From: Gammaproteobacteria bacterium
GTDB taxonomy: Bacteria; Pseudomonadota; Gammaproteobacteria; Steroidobacterales; BM003
Direction of reading: 5' to 3'
Length of the DNA stretch: 39,225 nt
Assembly (NCBI GenBank): GCA_026193125.1
Contig: JAPHSC010000032.1
Coordinates: forward strand, 1-39,225
The notes beneath the pieces were generated by a model, which was not told where the DNA came from, searched no databases, and saw only the letters and a program-made list of their open reading frames with translations. This document shows positions 1-9,577 of the stretch, piece by piece; position 1 is the stretch's first letter; each line of letters begins with the position of its first letter. Both the position numbers and the translations under genes were made by a program.

Positions 1-207
1 ACTCTCGCTGATCAAGTATCCGGCAAACGTAAACAAGGGAATCGCCAGCAAAATCGGTACTTCGGCAAGACCGAAAATCTCAATTCCCATGACGGACAGA
101 TCAATATCCGTGCTGATGAAACCCCACATCGCACTGGCGGCAATCACGGCAAACAGGGGGGCACCCAGCAAGGCCAGCAGCACCAGCAGAATACTGACAA
201 TGATCAT
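1..207 (-). CDS. TRAP transporter large permease (DctM family), N-terminal 69 codons only; continues past the left edge
   Basis: Own translation of the minus strand from the ATG at 207-205: MIIVSILLVLLALLGAPLFAVIAASAMWGFISTDIDLSVMGIEIFGLAEVPILLAIPLFTFAGYLISES. This is a hydrophobic DctM-like N-terminus. Its start overlaps the upstream DctQ-like ORF stop in an ATGA (204-207). It is absent from the ORF track because it runs off the window. Confidence 0.75.
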   Translation of the reverse strand, partial: MIIVSILLVLLALLGAPLFAVIAASAMWGFISTDIDLSVMGIEIFGLAEVPILLAIPLFTFAGYLISES

Positions 208-716
208 GCCTCTGGCCCGGCTTTGCGCAGCAGCTTCCAGGCACTGCCAAGTCCGAATACCAGGTAGCGATAGGCGATAAGGCCAAACGCTAAGGGCAGG
301 ATTGCCTGAAATCCCCAGGCCGGCCAATCGCCAAGCAAAGTATCCTGAAACTCACGGGAATCGGCGACAAAGCGAAACGAGTGCCAGGCAATCAGCCCGG
401 CCACGGTTGCGGTAAACAATTGCACCACAAGCATTGCGCCACTGTGCCAACGACCGCTCATAAAACGTGACAGGACATCTATGGCGATCTGGCGATTCTC
501 CCGACTGGCCGCCACTGCCCCGAACATCGCAGTCCACAACAGGCAAATGCGCAGCAACTCGTCCGCCCAGACGAATCCTGAGTCGAAAAAGATCCGCAGA
601 ATAATCTGGGCCGATGCCAGCAAAATCATGCTGCCGAGCAACAACACCAGCATGCTGTTCTCAAATAACCGTCCCAGTCGGTCCAGTCGTGCAAGGATGC
701 CGCGCTCTTCGGACAC
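204..716 (-). CDS. TRAP transporter small permease (DctQ family)
   Basis: 170-aa hydrophobic ORF with about four predicted TM segments. It lies between a DctP-like binding protein and a DctM-like permease. It is 3 nt from dctP and has a 4-nt overlap with dctM. Confidence 0.85.
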   Translation of the reverse strand: MSEERGILARLDRLGRLFENSMLVLLLGSMILLASAQIILRIFFDSGFVWADELLRICLLWTAMFGAVAASRENRQIAIDVLSRFMSGRWHSGAMLVVQLFTATVAGLIAWHSFRFVADSREFQDTLLGDWPAWGFQAILPLAFGLIAYRYLVFGLGSAWKLLRKAGPEA

Positions 717-719
717 TGC

Positions 720-1751
720 CTACTTTGTTCCCTGGTGCTGGCTGCGATATTCAGCGATATAGGCGAGCATCTGATCCAGCATTTTCTTCGAGATGACCCC
801 TCGCTCCGCCAAATCGCGGTTACTTGCCTCTACCGGCTTGCGCCAACTTTCAACCTCGCTCTCGTCTGGATGCACTATTTGCATTCCCGAGCTGATGAGC
901 GCCTTGAATGCCTCGCTGTCGTCCAGCTTGTTCTGCCGATCGAAGTCCTGATACACCTTGCTGAAAACTTCGCGAACCACTTGCTGGTCGGGTTCCGAGA
1001 GCTTGTCGAAGTACTTCTTGTCCACGACCATGAATCCCATCAGGTAAATCAACGGAATATCGGTTATGTACTTGACCTTGGTGTGCCACTGCATCACCAC
1101 CGCGCCCACAGGCGACGAACCCACAATGTCGATCAGCCCGGTCTGCAAACCCGTCATCACGTCGGTGATGGGAAGTGTGACCGGAGACAGGCCCAATGCC
1201 GCCATGGCGCTATAGGTAATCAGGTCGCCCTCCGGAACCCAGACCTTGCGCCCCTGCAGCGAATCAACACCGGTGACTGGAATGTTTGACATGATCATGG
1301 CAAACCCGCCGTCCGCCCAACCAAAGCTTACAAAGCCGGCGTCCTCAAGGCCCTGCTTGAGAATGCCGTCCATGCGTTGCCTGACGTATTCGACCTCAGC
1401 AAGCGAATTGAACACCAGAGGCATGCCGTACAATTGCATGTCCGGGTAGACGTCGGCCATGGAACTGGGGGTAAACATTCCACCATGCAGCTGGCCGATA
1501 CGAATCTTGCGCAAGACCTTTTTGTCGTTGCCCATAACTCCGCCGCCATAAAACTTGAAGTTCACACGGCCATCGGTTCGGGTCTTTATTTCCTTGGAGC
1601 CGTCACGCATCTGCTTCATCCAGGCAGTGCCTTCTGGCGCAATCGTGGCGATCTTGAAGTCGGTCGCAAATGCTGCCGGCGCGCCCAATACAAGTAGAAC
1701 CAGAGTCGTTACCAGTGCAGACGATAAATGACGGGCGCTAGAAATAATCAT
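720..1751 (-). CDS. TRAP transporter substrate-binding protein (DctP family)
   Basis: 343 aa with a signal peptide ending AAFA. The sequence is DctP-like (FKIATIAPEGTAWMKQM, GLQTGLIDIVGSSP). Operon context with dctQ/dctM. Confidence 0.88.
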   Translation of the reverse strand: MIISSARHLSSALVTTLVLLVLGAPAAFATDFKIATIAPEGTAWMKQMRDGSKEIKTRTDGRVNFKFYGGGVMGNDKKVLRKIRIGQLHGGMFTPSSMADVYPDMQLYGMPLVFNSLAEVEYVRQRMDGILKQGLEDAGFVSFGWADGGFAMIMSNIPVTGVDSLQGRKVWVPEGDLITYSAMAALGLSPVTLPITDVMTGLQTGLIDIVGSSPVGAVVMQWHTKVKYITDIPLIYLMGFMVVDKKYFDKLSEPDQQVVREVFSKVYQDFDRQNKLDDSEAFKALISSGMQIVHPDESEVESWRKPVEASNRDLAERGVISKKMLDQMLAYIAEYRSQHQGTK

Positions 1752-2604
1752 CGGCGGTCTCCATTAATTTTTCCGCCTGCCTTTGGGCCAGAGTGTTAAA
1801 CAGCGTCAGACCGGGTTGCACCGGATCGGCTGCCAGCACCTCGTTTAGCAGGCGGTCATGTAATTCGCGGTCGTACATCAGGCGCGCGTAGCTGCGAGCG
1901 AACTCAACCTTGACTGACAGGTCTTTGCCGTCGGATAACGCAATCGCTTTTTCGAAATGACTTCGCCCGACCTCGGGCTGCCCACCCAGTGAAGGTGGAC
2001 GAATGGTGTTGAGGATTCCCAGGTACAGGTTCACAGCCCCGCCTTCATAATCAGGATCAAGTTGGTAAAGGCGATTCAGTGCGGCCTCCACCTTGGGCAA
2101 TTCCACGAGTACCGCCCATTCGTCGCTGTGCGCGCGCGTATAGGCAAGACTGCTTACCGTGAAGCTATAAAGGGTCGGCAGTTCGTCAACGGTCACCGTT
2201 GCGAGGTCGGCACTGAAGTTGTCAAAGTCCATCGTGCCCCAGGCACAGGCTGACTCGTGAACCACGCACATGGCCCGGCTCCCATACTCATGGGCACGTT
2301 TAGTCAAGCGCTTGGCACGCTTGTCGTCTTCGACGAAAACCGCACCGTAGGCGGCGTAAAGATTTGCTGCCGAACGCAAGGCTGACGCACTTTCAGGATC
2401 ACCTGCTATCAGACTATCCATCAACAGCAAGTATGCAGGAGCACCGTCGCGCACGGTCTCTGGGTCGTCCTGATTGAGTATGGCGCTGGACAGGTTGCCA
2501 GCCATCTTGCCGGTGACACGATCCATAACGATGGAACATGCCGATAGAGACAGAAGGGAACCCAGCATCAACAGGCGGAGAAATGATGGCTCACGTTTTT
2601 CCAT
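1738..2604 (-). CDS. TRAP transporter TatT component family lipoprotein (TPR-like T-component)
   Basis: 288 aa with lipobox LSAC (Cys23). The stretch AILNQDDPETVRDGAPAYLLLMDSLI matches my recollection of TatT-family proteins (Treponema pallidum Tp0956 type). It overlaps the dctP start by 14 nt. Confidence 0.7.
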   Translation of the reverse strand: MEKREPSFLRLLMLGSLLSLSACSIVMDRVTGKMAGNLSSAILNQDDPETVRDGAPAYLLLMDSLIAGDPESASALRSAANLYAAYGAVFVEDDKRAKRLTKRAHEYGSRAMCVVHESACAWGTMDFDNFSADLATVTVDELPTLYSFTVSSLAYTRAHSDEWAVLVELPKVEAALNRLYQLDPDYEGGAVNLYLGILNTIRPPSLGGQPEVGRSHFEKAIALSDGKDLSVKVEFARSYARLMYDRELHDRLLNEVLAADPVQPGLTLFNTLAQRQAEKLMETADDYF

Positions 2605-2707
2605 GGATACCTGATCTTACCTCTAACCAAGAATTCAAGCTTGCGAAAGAATTGGATCGTGCCCAGACCAGAAGGTTCACTGGAATCGAGAAAAACGGGG
2701 AGCGCTA

Positions 2708-2758
2708 CCGAAAACCGAAAAGGCAAGTGCGCATGGATAATCCACCCGCACTTGCCTT
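2708..2758 (-). terminator. Rho-independent terminator downstream of rplS
   Basis: Perfect 12-bp stem (2720-2731 aaggcaagtgcg pairs with 2747-2758 cgcacttgcctt) and a 15-nt loop. On the minus strand it is followed by TTTCGGTTTTCGG. It lies 28 nt after the rplS stop. Confidence 0.6.
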
Positions 2759-2785
2759 AATCCAGAAACCCGGGCACTACCCTGG

Positions 2786-3130
2786 CTAGATCTTTTCCTT
2801 GATCCTGGCGGCCTTGCCTGTGCGGTCACGCAGATAGTACAGCTTGGCGCGACGCACATCCCCGCGGCGCTTCACGGTAATCGACTCGATTACCTTGCTG
2901 TAAGTCTGGAACACCCGCTCCACACCTTCGCCATGGGAAATCTTGCGCACGGTGAAGGCACTGTTCAGCCCGCGGTTACGCTTGGCGATTACCACGCCCT
3001 CGTAAGCCTGCAGACGTTCACGGGTACCCTCAACCACCTTCACCTGCACCACGACCGTGTCGCCGGGTCCAAATTCGGGGATCTCACGACCCATCTGTTC
3101 TTTTTCAAGTTGCTCGATTATGTTGCTCAT
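2786..3130 (-). CDS. rplS: 50S ribosomal protein L19
   Basis: [12 protein letters not shown]...[13 protein letters not shown]...RRAKLYYLR is canonical L19. The ORF-track start at 3163 adds 11 non-conserved residues, so the ATG at 3130 is preferred. Confidence 0.95.
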   Translation of the reverse strand: MSNIIEQLEKEQMGREIPEFGPGDTVVVQVKVVEGTRERLQAYEGVVIAKRNRGLNSAFTVRKISHGEGVERVFQTYSKVIESITVKRRGDVRRAKLYYLRDRTGKAARIKEKI

Positions 3131-3165
3131 GTCGACATCCCGCTCACGCCGGTCTCTAACCAAAA

Positions 3166-3912
3166 CTAAAGTTCCCCGCCTCTCTCGGCGATAAACTCAC
3201 TCAATAATTCCTGCTGCTCAACATCCAGGGTCATGGCCTCGAGCAGCTCTGGCCGTCTCAGCCAGGTCCGCCCAAGCGCCTGCTTGAGCCTCCACTGCCT
3301 GATTTGCTCGTGGTTGCCACCAAGTAGCACCTCGGGCACCCGCAATCCATCGACCTCCTCGGGCCGCGTGTAATGCGGACAATCCAGTAACCCGGCGGCA
3401 AAGGAATCCTGTTCCGCGGAATCCTCGTCGCCCAGCACTCCCGGCAACAGCCGTAGCACCGCATCAATCACCACCAGCGCCGGTAATTCACCGCCACTGA
3501 GGACATAATCACCGATGGACAATTCCTCGTCCACCTCGCGCTCCACCAGCCGCTCATCCACGCCTTCGTAGCGCCCCGCCACCAGGATCAATCCCGGCAG
3601 GCTGGCCAACTCCTGCGCCCTGGCCTGGTCAAAGACCCCGCCCTGGGCACTCAGGTAGATCACCGGCGAGCCCTTCGGCGCCCTTTCGCGCGCCTTGTAA
3701 ATGGCGCTGCGCAACGGCTCAACCTTCATCACCATCCCGGGGCCGCCGCCATATGGCCTGTCGTCCACCGTTCTGTGCCGATCATCGGCAAATTCTCTTG
3801 GGTTTACCGTCCCCATCGACGCCAGGCCGCGCTGCATTGCCCGACCTATCACCCCGAAACTTACGCCGGCTTCGACCAGCTCGGGGAAAAGTGACACAAC
3901 TTCTATATGCAT
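3166..3912 (-). CDS. trmD: tRNA (guanine37-N1)-methyltransferase
   Basis: 248 aa ([13 protein letters not shown]..., [27 protein letters not shown]). Conserved rpsP-rimM-trmD-rplS order. Confidence 0.95.
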   Translation of the reverse strand: MHIEVVSLFPELVEAGVSFGVIGRAMQRGLASMGTVNPREFADDRHRTVDDRPYGGGPGMVMKVEPLRSAIYKARERAPKGSPVIYLSAQGGVFDQARAQELASLPGLILVAGRYEGVDERLVEREVDEELSIGDYVLSGGELPALVVIDAVLRLLPGVLGDEDSAEQDSFAAGLLDCPHYTRPEEVDGLRVPEVLLGGNHEQIRQWRLKQALGRTWLRRPELLEAMTLDVEQQELLSEFIAERGGEL

Positions 3913-3922
3913 GGTTCCCGCG

Positions 3923-4429
3923 TCAAAACTCGGGGTCCCAGTCCACCTCTATCACCGCGGCATCCAGGTCCACCCGCTTAACGTACTGGCCCATTACAAA
4001 CGGAACCAGTCTCTCCCGGTCCCCCTGCACCACCAACACATCATTGGCGCCGGTTTCCATGAGGCCGGACACCTGACCCAGCACCACGCCCCCGGTGGTA
4101 ACCACCTGCAAGCCGATCAGGTCCATCCAGTACCAGCGACCATCCTCACTGGCCGGCATATCCGAGCGCGGTACTTCAATTTCCGCACCCAGCCATTGCG
4201 CAGCCGATTCCCGGTCTTCAACACCCTGGATCCGCACGACTATGCCCTTTCCGTGGATGCGCCCCGAATCCAGTTCCACTTCGCTGCGCTTCCCGTTCAA
4301 ATCCAGGAACCAGCGCCGGTACTGAAGAATGTTGTCTCTGGGGTCAGTGTAGGAATAGACCTTCACCCAACCCTTGACTCCGTACAGCCCGCTAATCCTG
4401 CCGAGCTGAACCCAGTCCGAAGTTTCCAC
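3923..4429 (-). CDS. rimM: 16S rRNA processing protein RimM
   Basis: 168 aa ([21 protein letters not shown]) with a PRC-barrel-like C-terminus. Operon position between rpsP and trmD. Confidence 0.92.
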   Translation of the reverse strand: METSDWVQLGRISGLYGVKGWVKVYSYTDPRDNILQYRRWFLDLNGKRSEVELDSGRIHGKGIVVRIQGVEDRESAAQWLGAEIEVPRSDMPASEDGRWYWMDLIGLQVVTTGGVVLGQVSGLMETGANDVLVVQGDRERLVPFVMGQYVKRVDLDAAVIEVDWDPEF

Positions 4430-4434
4430 AGATA

Positions 4435-4689
4435 TCAGGCAGCTGCCTGCTTGCGGAATTCCTTGATCAAGTCAGTCACACGATCGCTGGGCTGGGCGCC
4501 CTGGCCGACCCAATGCTCAATACGATCCAGTTCCATGTGCAGGCGAATTTCTTTGCCCTTGGCTACCGGATTGAAATACCCAACTTTCTCGATGTAGCGG
4601 CCATCACGGCGGTTACGCCCATCGGTCACCACCAAGTGATAGAAAGGCCTCTTTTTCGCGCCACCGCGCGAAAGACGAATAGTTACCAT
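4435..4689 (-). CDS. rpsP: 30S ribosomal protein S16
   Basis: [21 protein letters not shown] is canonical S16. The ATG at 4689 is preferred over the ORF-track start at 4698. Confidence 0.95.
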   Translation of the reverse strand: MVTIRLSRGGAKKRPFYHLVVTDGRNRRDGRYIEKVGYFNPVAKGKEIRLHMELDRIEHWVGQGAQPSDRVTDLIKEFRKQAAA

Positions 4690-4892
4690 CTGCTTCAATA
4701 CCCGCTATCTAGCTTGTCAATGCTTCTGCTGAAATAAACCGGCCCTCCGCCTTCCAGCGGGGGGCCGCAGTAAACCGGGTATTTTATAGGTTTTAGAGAA
4801 AATTGGAAGGCTTTTCCGATACCTGCGCATAATAATCGGATCACGGCGGGCCTCTGGACCACCCCTCGCGTCTCCAAAATCACCACAACATC

Positions 4893-4978
4893 CAGTAAAA
4901 CAGGGGCTTGCCGGCTTACCTATCCGCTACGAGTACTCGGTCTGCAAGCTTCGTTTGATACTCGTCACCTAGCCCCTG
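4893..4978 (-). terminator. Candidate compound hairpin terminator at the ffh 3' end
   Basis: Outer 8-bp stem: 4901-4908 caggggct pairs with 4971-4978 agcccctg. Inner 7-bp stem: 4929-4935 pairs with 4959-4965. A TTTT run follows on the minus strand (4897-4900). The outer stem overlaps the ffh stop codon (4969-4971). Confidence 0.3.
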
Positions 4979-6309
4979 AACCCGCCCTTGTTCATTGAGG
5001 CAAGCTGTTTAAATAACTTTTTGTTTTTCATCATTTTTTGCATTTGCTTGTGTTGCTTCAGCAAGCGATTCACATCCTGGATCTGGACCCCTGAGCCCAG
5101 GGCTATACGGCGTTTCCTGGATCCGTTGATGACCGCCGGAATTTTTCGCTCCTGGGGCGTCATCGAATTGATAATGGCAATTTGTCGGCGTATCTGCTTG
5201 TCACCCGCCTGGTCAGCCATGCCTGCCGGCAGCTTCCCTCCCATGGGTAGCTTGTCCAACAAGGCGGACAATCCGCCCATATTGAGCATTTGCTGCAATT
5301 GCTCCCGCAGATCCAGCAGATCAAGTCCCTTGCCCTTCTGCACCTTGCGTGCAAGTTTTTCCGCCTGGTCCTTGTCAACCTTGCGCTCTACTTCCTCGAC
5401 CAGGCCAAGCACGTCGCCCATGCCCAGGATGCGTGAGGCCAGGCGTTCGGGATGAAAACGCTCCAGGGCGTCTATCTTCTCGCCTACGCCCAGGAACTTG
5501 ATCGGGCAACCGGTGATATGGCGCACCGATAAGGCGGCTCCACCCCGGGCATCGCCATCTGCCTTGGTCAGGATCACGCCGGAAAGCGGCAGGGCTTCAC
5601 TGAACGCCCTGGCGGCATTGACCGCGTCCTGACCGGCCATACTGTCCACGACAAACAACGTTTCAATGGGTGACACGGTCGCATGCAGGAGCTTGATCTC
5701 CTCCATCATGTCCTCGTCCACGTGCTGCCGCCCGGCGGTGTCCAGAATAAGCACGTCGGCCAGGCTGCGGCGCGCCTCCTCAAGGGCTCGCATGGCAATC
5801 AGTCGTGGCGCCTCGCTGGCCTCGCTGGGCACAAAACCCGCGCCCACCTGCTCTGCAAGCCGCTGGAGCTGCAAAATGGCTGCCGGCCGATATACGTCGG
5901 CGCTGGCTAATAACACCTTTTTCTTTTGTCGTTCGATGAGAAAGCGCGCCAGCTTGGCGGCGCTGGTGGTTTTGCCCGCACCCTGGAGCCCAGCCAGCAA
6001 AATCACCGCTGGCGGCTGGGTACGCAGGTTCAGGTCGCTGTCACCCTCGCCCATGATAGCTACCAGCTCGCCATGCACAATCTTGATCAGGGCCTGGCCG
6101 GGCGTAAGACTGCGCAAGACCTTCTCGCCCAGGGCTTTCTCTCTGACCTGCTCGATGAAGACTTTCACAACAGGCAGCGCCACATCGGCCTCAAGCAGGG
6201 CCATTCGGACCTGGCGCAAGGCATCCTTGATGTTGTCCTCGGAAATGCGACCCTTGCCACGCAGGGCAGCGACCGCCGAGGAAAGTCTTTCAGTTAATTG
6301 ATCAAACAT
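4969..6309 (-). CDS. ffh: Signal recognition particle protein Ffh
   Basis: MFDQLTERLS..., GLQGAGKTT (G1), DTAGR, TKADGD, and a Met-rich M domain. The ORF-track start at 6318 is a TTG, so the ATG at 6309 (MFDQL) is preferred. Confidence 0.95.
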   Translation of the reverse strand: MFDQLTERLSSAVAALRGKGRISEDNIKDALRQVRMALLEADVALPVVKVFIEQVREKALGEKVLRSLTPGQALIKIVHGELVAIMGEGDSDLNLRTQPPAVILLAGLQGAGKTTSAAKLARFLIERQKKKVLLASADVYRPAAILQLQRLAEQVGAGFVPSEASEAPRLIAMRALEEARRSLADVLILDTAGRQHVDEDMMEEIKLLHATVSPIETLFVVDSMAGQDAVNAARAFSEALPLSGVILTKADGDARGGAALSVRHITGCPIKFLGVGEKIDALERFHPERLASRILGMGDVLGLVEEVERKVDKDQAEKLARKVQKGKGLDLLDLREQLQQMLNMGGLSALLDKLPMGGKLPAGMADQAGDKQIRRQIAIINSMTPQERKIPAVINGSRKRRIALGSGVQIQDVNRLLKQHKQMQKMMKNKKLFKQLASMNKGGFRG

Positions 6310-6421
6310 ATCCGCCAATTACTTGCCGGCGACAGCTACGCCTCGAGGGGGAGCATCTTAAAGGAGGAAGGGCGGGCTGGGCAAAAATACCCGTTTGTGC
6401 GGGGCTGAAGGGGTCGCCGGA

Positions 6422-7189
6422 CTACAAGTAGAATACCACCCCGGATTCGAGACGCCGCACCGTCCGATCAGGCAATTCCGCACGGACTTCATCCATGATC
6501 AGCTCTTCTTCCCCGGGCTTCATGGCCGTCAGCCAGATGGCCGGATAGTGCTTGAGCTTGGCCAGATCCTGGGCAAAGGTCCGCGGGCAATAATGCCCCG
6601 ACTTCTCGGCCAGTTCGGCCTGGCGGTTTGGAAACGACACCTCGATAACCAGCACATCCACATTCTCATAGGCATTGAGAGCAGGCCAGAGAGTCTGGTT
6701 ATTGGTGGTATCGCCGCTGAAAGCGAGTACCTTGCCACCGGCCTGCACGCAGTAACCCAGGGTAGGTACTGCATGCTTGACCGCCACCGCCCTGATTTGC
6801 CTTGAATTAATTTCGAGGACGTCGCCATCGGCCAGCGGTTCGAAGTGCATAACCGCATCGGCAGCACTGGGTAAGATGGAGAAGTCAGGCCATATCACAT
6901 CGTTGAACAAGTGCGCACGCAGGGCGTCAATAGTTGCCTGGCTGGCATGTACTTGCAGGGGGTTTTCGAGATAAGCCTCAAAGGCCGCATCGATGAACAG
7001 GGGCAATCCAACTACGTGATCAAGGTGGGAATGGGTAAGAAACACGTGCCGCAGGCCGCGCAATTCCTCGAGCGACAGGTCTCCGACACCTGTGCCGGCA
7101 TCAATCAACAAGTCATCGTCAAGCAGAATAGAGGTGGTTTTCAGTCCCGCGCCAATTCCTCCACTGCATCCTAGGATTCTTACCTGCAT
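6422..7189 (-). CDS. Class-II 3',5'-cyclic-nucleotide phosphodiesterase-like MBL-fold hydrolase
   Basis: 255 aa. HSHLDHVVG matches the core of the class-II cAMP phosphodiesterase signature (H-x-H-L-D-H). The overall layout (RILGCSGG..., SGDT) resembles the CpdP/PDE1 family. Confidence 0.7.
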   Translation of the reverse strand: MQVRILGCSGGIGAGLKTTSILLDDDLLIDAGTGVGDLSLEELRGLRHVFLTHSHLDHVVGLPLFIDAAFEAYLENPLQVHASQATIDALRAHLFNDVIWPDFSILPSAADAVMHFEPLADGDVLEINSRQIRAVAVKHAVPTLGYCVQAGGKVLAFSGDTTNNQTLWPALNAYENVDVLVIEVSFPNRQAELAEKSGHYCPRTFAQDLAKLKHYPAIWLTAMKPGEEELIMDEVRAELPDRTVRRLESGVVFYL

Positions 7190-7322
7190 CTGCGTCGTGT
7201 TCCCCCCGGAGCCCTGCCCGCTCCGGACTCCATCGGTGTTAGTGTTTTCGCGGACTTCTCTTATGCATCGCCATGTGCGAAGATTTCAACACCCAAGCTA
7301 AGTTATAGCGGATACTATTTCT

Positions 7323-8147
7323 GTGTTACGAATCACAGTTCTTTTGCTCTATGTAGGGGCGATGTTCCTGCTGGGAAATTCGGCTCTAAAGCGAACTACC
7401 GGAACACCCAAACATCGCCTTGGAACCGCGTTTGTCGGACTTGGCGTGCTGCTGCATGGTTACTGGTTGTACCGGGCGATACATGTGGACGGAGGCTTGG
7501 CCCTGGGCGCTACCAATATGTCCTCGATGCTTGGCTGGCTGACCGCGTGGATTGCGCTGTTCTTGAGCCGAAATGAGCGCATGGTGGGGTTATCCAGCCT
7601 GCTACTTAGCATAGCGCTTGTTGGAATAGCGACCAGCTACCTGCCCCTGGGCGAACCGGTCCTGGCCGATGTGACCTGGCAACTGGCCAGCCACATACTG
7701 ATATCCATCACCGCCTATTCCTTGCTGGGCATCGGTGCCCTGATGGCGGTGGCAATCGCATTACAGGACGCCCGTCTGCGCAACCGCAAACCCAGCGGCT
7801 GGCTGCTGATGCTGCCTTCGCTGGAAGAAATGGAACAGATTCTGTTTTCCATTCTCAGCATGGGCTTTGTTTTGCTCACCCTGAGTCTGTTCAGCGGTCT
7901 GATTTTTGTCGACAACCTGCTGGCCCAGCACCTTGCCCACAAGACCGTGCTCTCTGTCATGGCCTGGCTGGTTTTCGCCACATTGCTGGTAGGAAGATGG
8001 CGCCGTGGATGGCGTGGTAAGAAAGCTGTGTATATGGCCCTGGTGGGATTCGTGTTCCTGGCGCTGGCCTATTTCGGCAGCAAATTAGTCCTGGAGACCA
8101 TACTCAGCAGCCACTGGTCTTTGCCCGGCGCCTTGACAGGCTCGTAG
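7323..8147 (+). CDS. Cytochrome c assembly (CcsA-like) family inner membrane protein, YpjD-like
   Basis: 274-aa polytopic membrane ORF with a GTG start. It is followed by a CorC/YfjD-like gene and lies near ffh, as for ypjD-yfjD next to ffh in E. coli. Confidence 0.75.
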   Translation: MLRITVLLLYVGAMFLLGNSALKRTTGTPKHRLGTAFVGLGVLLHGYWLYRAIHVDGGLALGATNMSSMLGWLTAWIALFLSRNERMVGLSSLLLSIALVGIATSYLPLGEPVLADVTWQLASHILISITAYSLLGIGALMAVAIALQDARLRNRKPSGWLLMLPSLEEMEQILFSILSMGFVLLTLSLFSGLIFVDNLLAQHLAHKTVLSVMAWLVFATLLVGRWRRGWRGKKAVYMALVGFVFLALAYFGSKLVLETILSSHWSLPGALTGS

Positions 8148-8198
8148 TGCACCTTCAGTATTTTCAACAACTTCTGCCGCGAAATCACGTGAACTCTC

Positions 8199-9464
8199 TT
8201 GGACGATAGCACTCCGACCTCCCTGCTTTTCGGCATTCTTGTCCTGCTATTGCTGCTTTCCGCCTTCTTTTCGAGCTCGGAAACTGCACTGATGACCTTG
8301 AACCGCTACCGCCTTCGTCACAAGGCGAGAGCGGGGCACCGGGGAGCGAGAATCGCCGATACCCTGCTGCGCAGACCAGACAAGCTGATCGGCCTGATCT
8401 TGCTGGGAAACAACCTGGTAAACATTCTTGCAGCCTCATTGACCACCGTCATCAGCATGCGCATTGCCGGCGAATCGGGTATCGCTGCAGGTGCGCTCAT
8501 ATTGACCGTGGTATTGCTGATATTCGCAGAGGTGACACCAAAAACCTTCGCTGCGTTGCACCCGGAGCGCATTGCCTTCCCCTCGGCATACATCTATTAC
8601 CCGTTACTGAAAGTACTGGGCCCTCTGATATGGCTGCTAAATGGAGTCACGCACCTGATCCTGTACATGTTCGGTCTGTCAGCCCGCAAAGCTGCAAACG
8701 ACGCGCTTAGCCGCGAAGAGTTGCGCACGGTGGTTGCTGAGGCAGGCTCGCTGATTCCACGCAAGCACCAGCGTATGTTGCTGAGCATCCTGGATCTGGA
8801 AAACATTACCGTGGACGACGTCATGGTGCCCCGTTCCGACATACAGGGACTCGACTTGAATGATGACTGGGACGAGATACTCAGGCAGGTGCAGACCAGC
8901 CAGCACACTCGGGTGCCCCTTTACCGCGACAGTCTGGACAACATTATCGGCATTCTGCACCTGCGCAAAGTTATCGGCGACCTCGCGCATCAACGCCTGA
9001 CACCCGAGGCTTTGGAACAAGCTGCCCGGGACCCCTATTTTGTTCCCGAGGGGACTCCACTAAATACCCAACTGCTGAATTTCCAGCGCCAGAACCGGCG
9101 CTTTGGGGTGGTGGTGGACGAATACGGTGACATCCAGGGACTGGTTACGCTGGCTGACATCCTGCAGGAAATTGTGGGTGAATTCACCTCGGCCCCCGGC
9201 AACGTAAATCCGGACGTGCATACCGAAGCGGACGGCACCTTCGTGGTATCCGGCTCTGCCAACCTGCGGGACCTGAATCGCACCATGAACTGGGACCTGC
9301 CTACGGACGGACCGAAAACCCTGAACGGACTCGTGGTGGAAACCCTGGGCGATATACCCGAACCCGGCATCACCCTGAATATCCGCCAATACGGCATGAC
9401 CATACTGCAGACTGCGGAAAACACGGTCAGGACCGTGCGCATTCGGTTGCTGGTACCCGACTAG
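8199..9464 (+). CDS. HlyC/CorC family transporter (DUF21-CBS pair-CorC_HlyC domains), YfjD-like
   Basis: 421 aa, TTG start. N-terminal LLLLSAFFSSSETAL is the DUF21 motif. It is followed by a CBS pair region (ITVDDVMVPRSDI) and a CorC C-terminal domain. Confidence 0.88.
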   Translation: MDDSTPTSLLFGILVLLLLLSAFFSSSETALMTLNRYRLRHKARAGHRGARIADTLLRRPDKLIGLILLGNNLVNILAASLTTVISMRIAGESGIAAGALILTVVLLIFAEVTPKTFAALHPERIAFPSAYIYYPLLKVLGPLIWLLNGVTHLILYMFGLSARKAANDALSREELRTVVAEAGSLIPRKHQRMLLSILDLENITVDDVMVPRSDIQGLDLNDDWDEILRQVQTSQHTRVPLYRDSLDNIIGILHLRKVIGDLAHQRLTPEALEQAARDPYFVPEGTPLNTQLLNFQRQNRRFGVVVDEYGDIQGLVTLADILQEIVGEFTSAPGNVNPDVHTEADGTFVVSGSANLRDLNRTMNWDLPTDGPKTLNGLVVETLGDIPEPGITLNIRQYGMTILQTAENTVRTVRIRLLVPD

Positions 9465-9577
9465 GTCTGCCATAGGGCAATATATTGCCAATACCTTATG
9501 CGACCGCCCCGAGTCCATGCGCCTGGCCGGTCTACCTTCCGAGGATGCACGCAGAAACAATCAACCCATAGGCAATC

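Noticed and set aside
3701-4597. 298-aa plus-strand ORF spanning trmD and rimM
   Set aside because: It is antisense to two strongly recognisable genes. Its Pro/Ser/Arg/His-rich composition is typical of shadow ORFs in GC-rich DNA, and no motif was recognised.
5666-6301. 211-aa plus-strand ORF opposite ffh
   Set aside because: Its Ser/Arg/Ala-rich translation is antisense to the Ffh NG domain. It is a shadow ORF.
9476-9489. 14-bp perfect palindrome ggcaatatattgcc just after the corC-like gene
   Set aside because: It has no loop, no T-run and an AT-rich centre. It is too weak to call a terminator or operator without conservation data.
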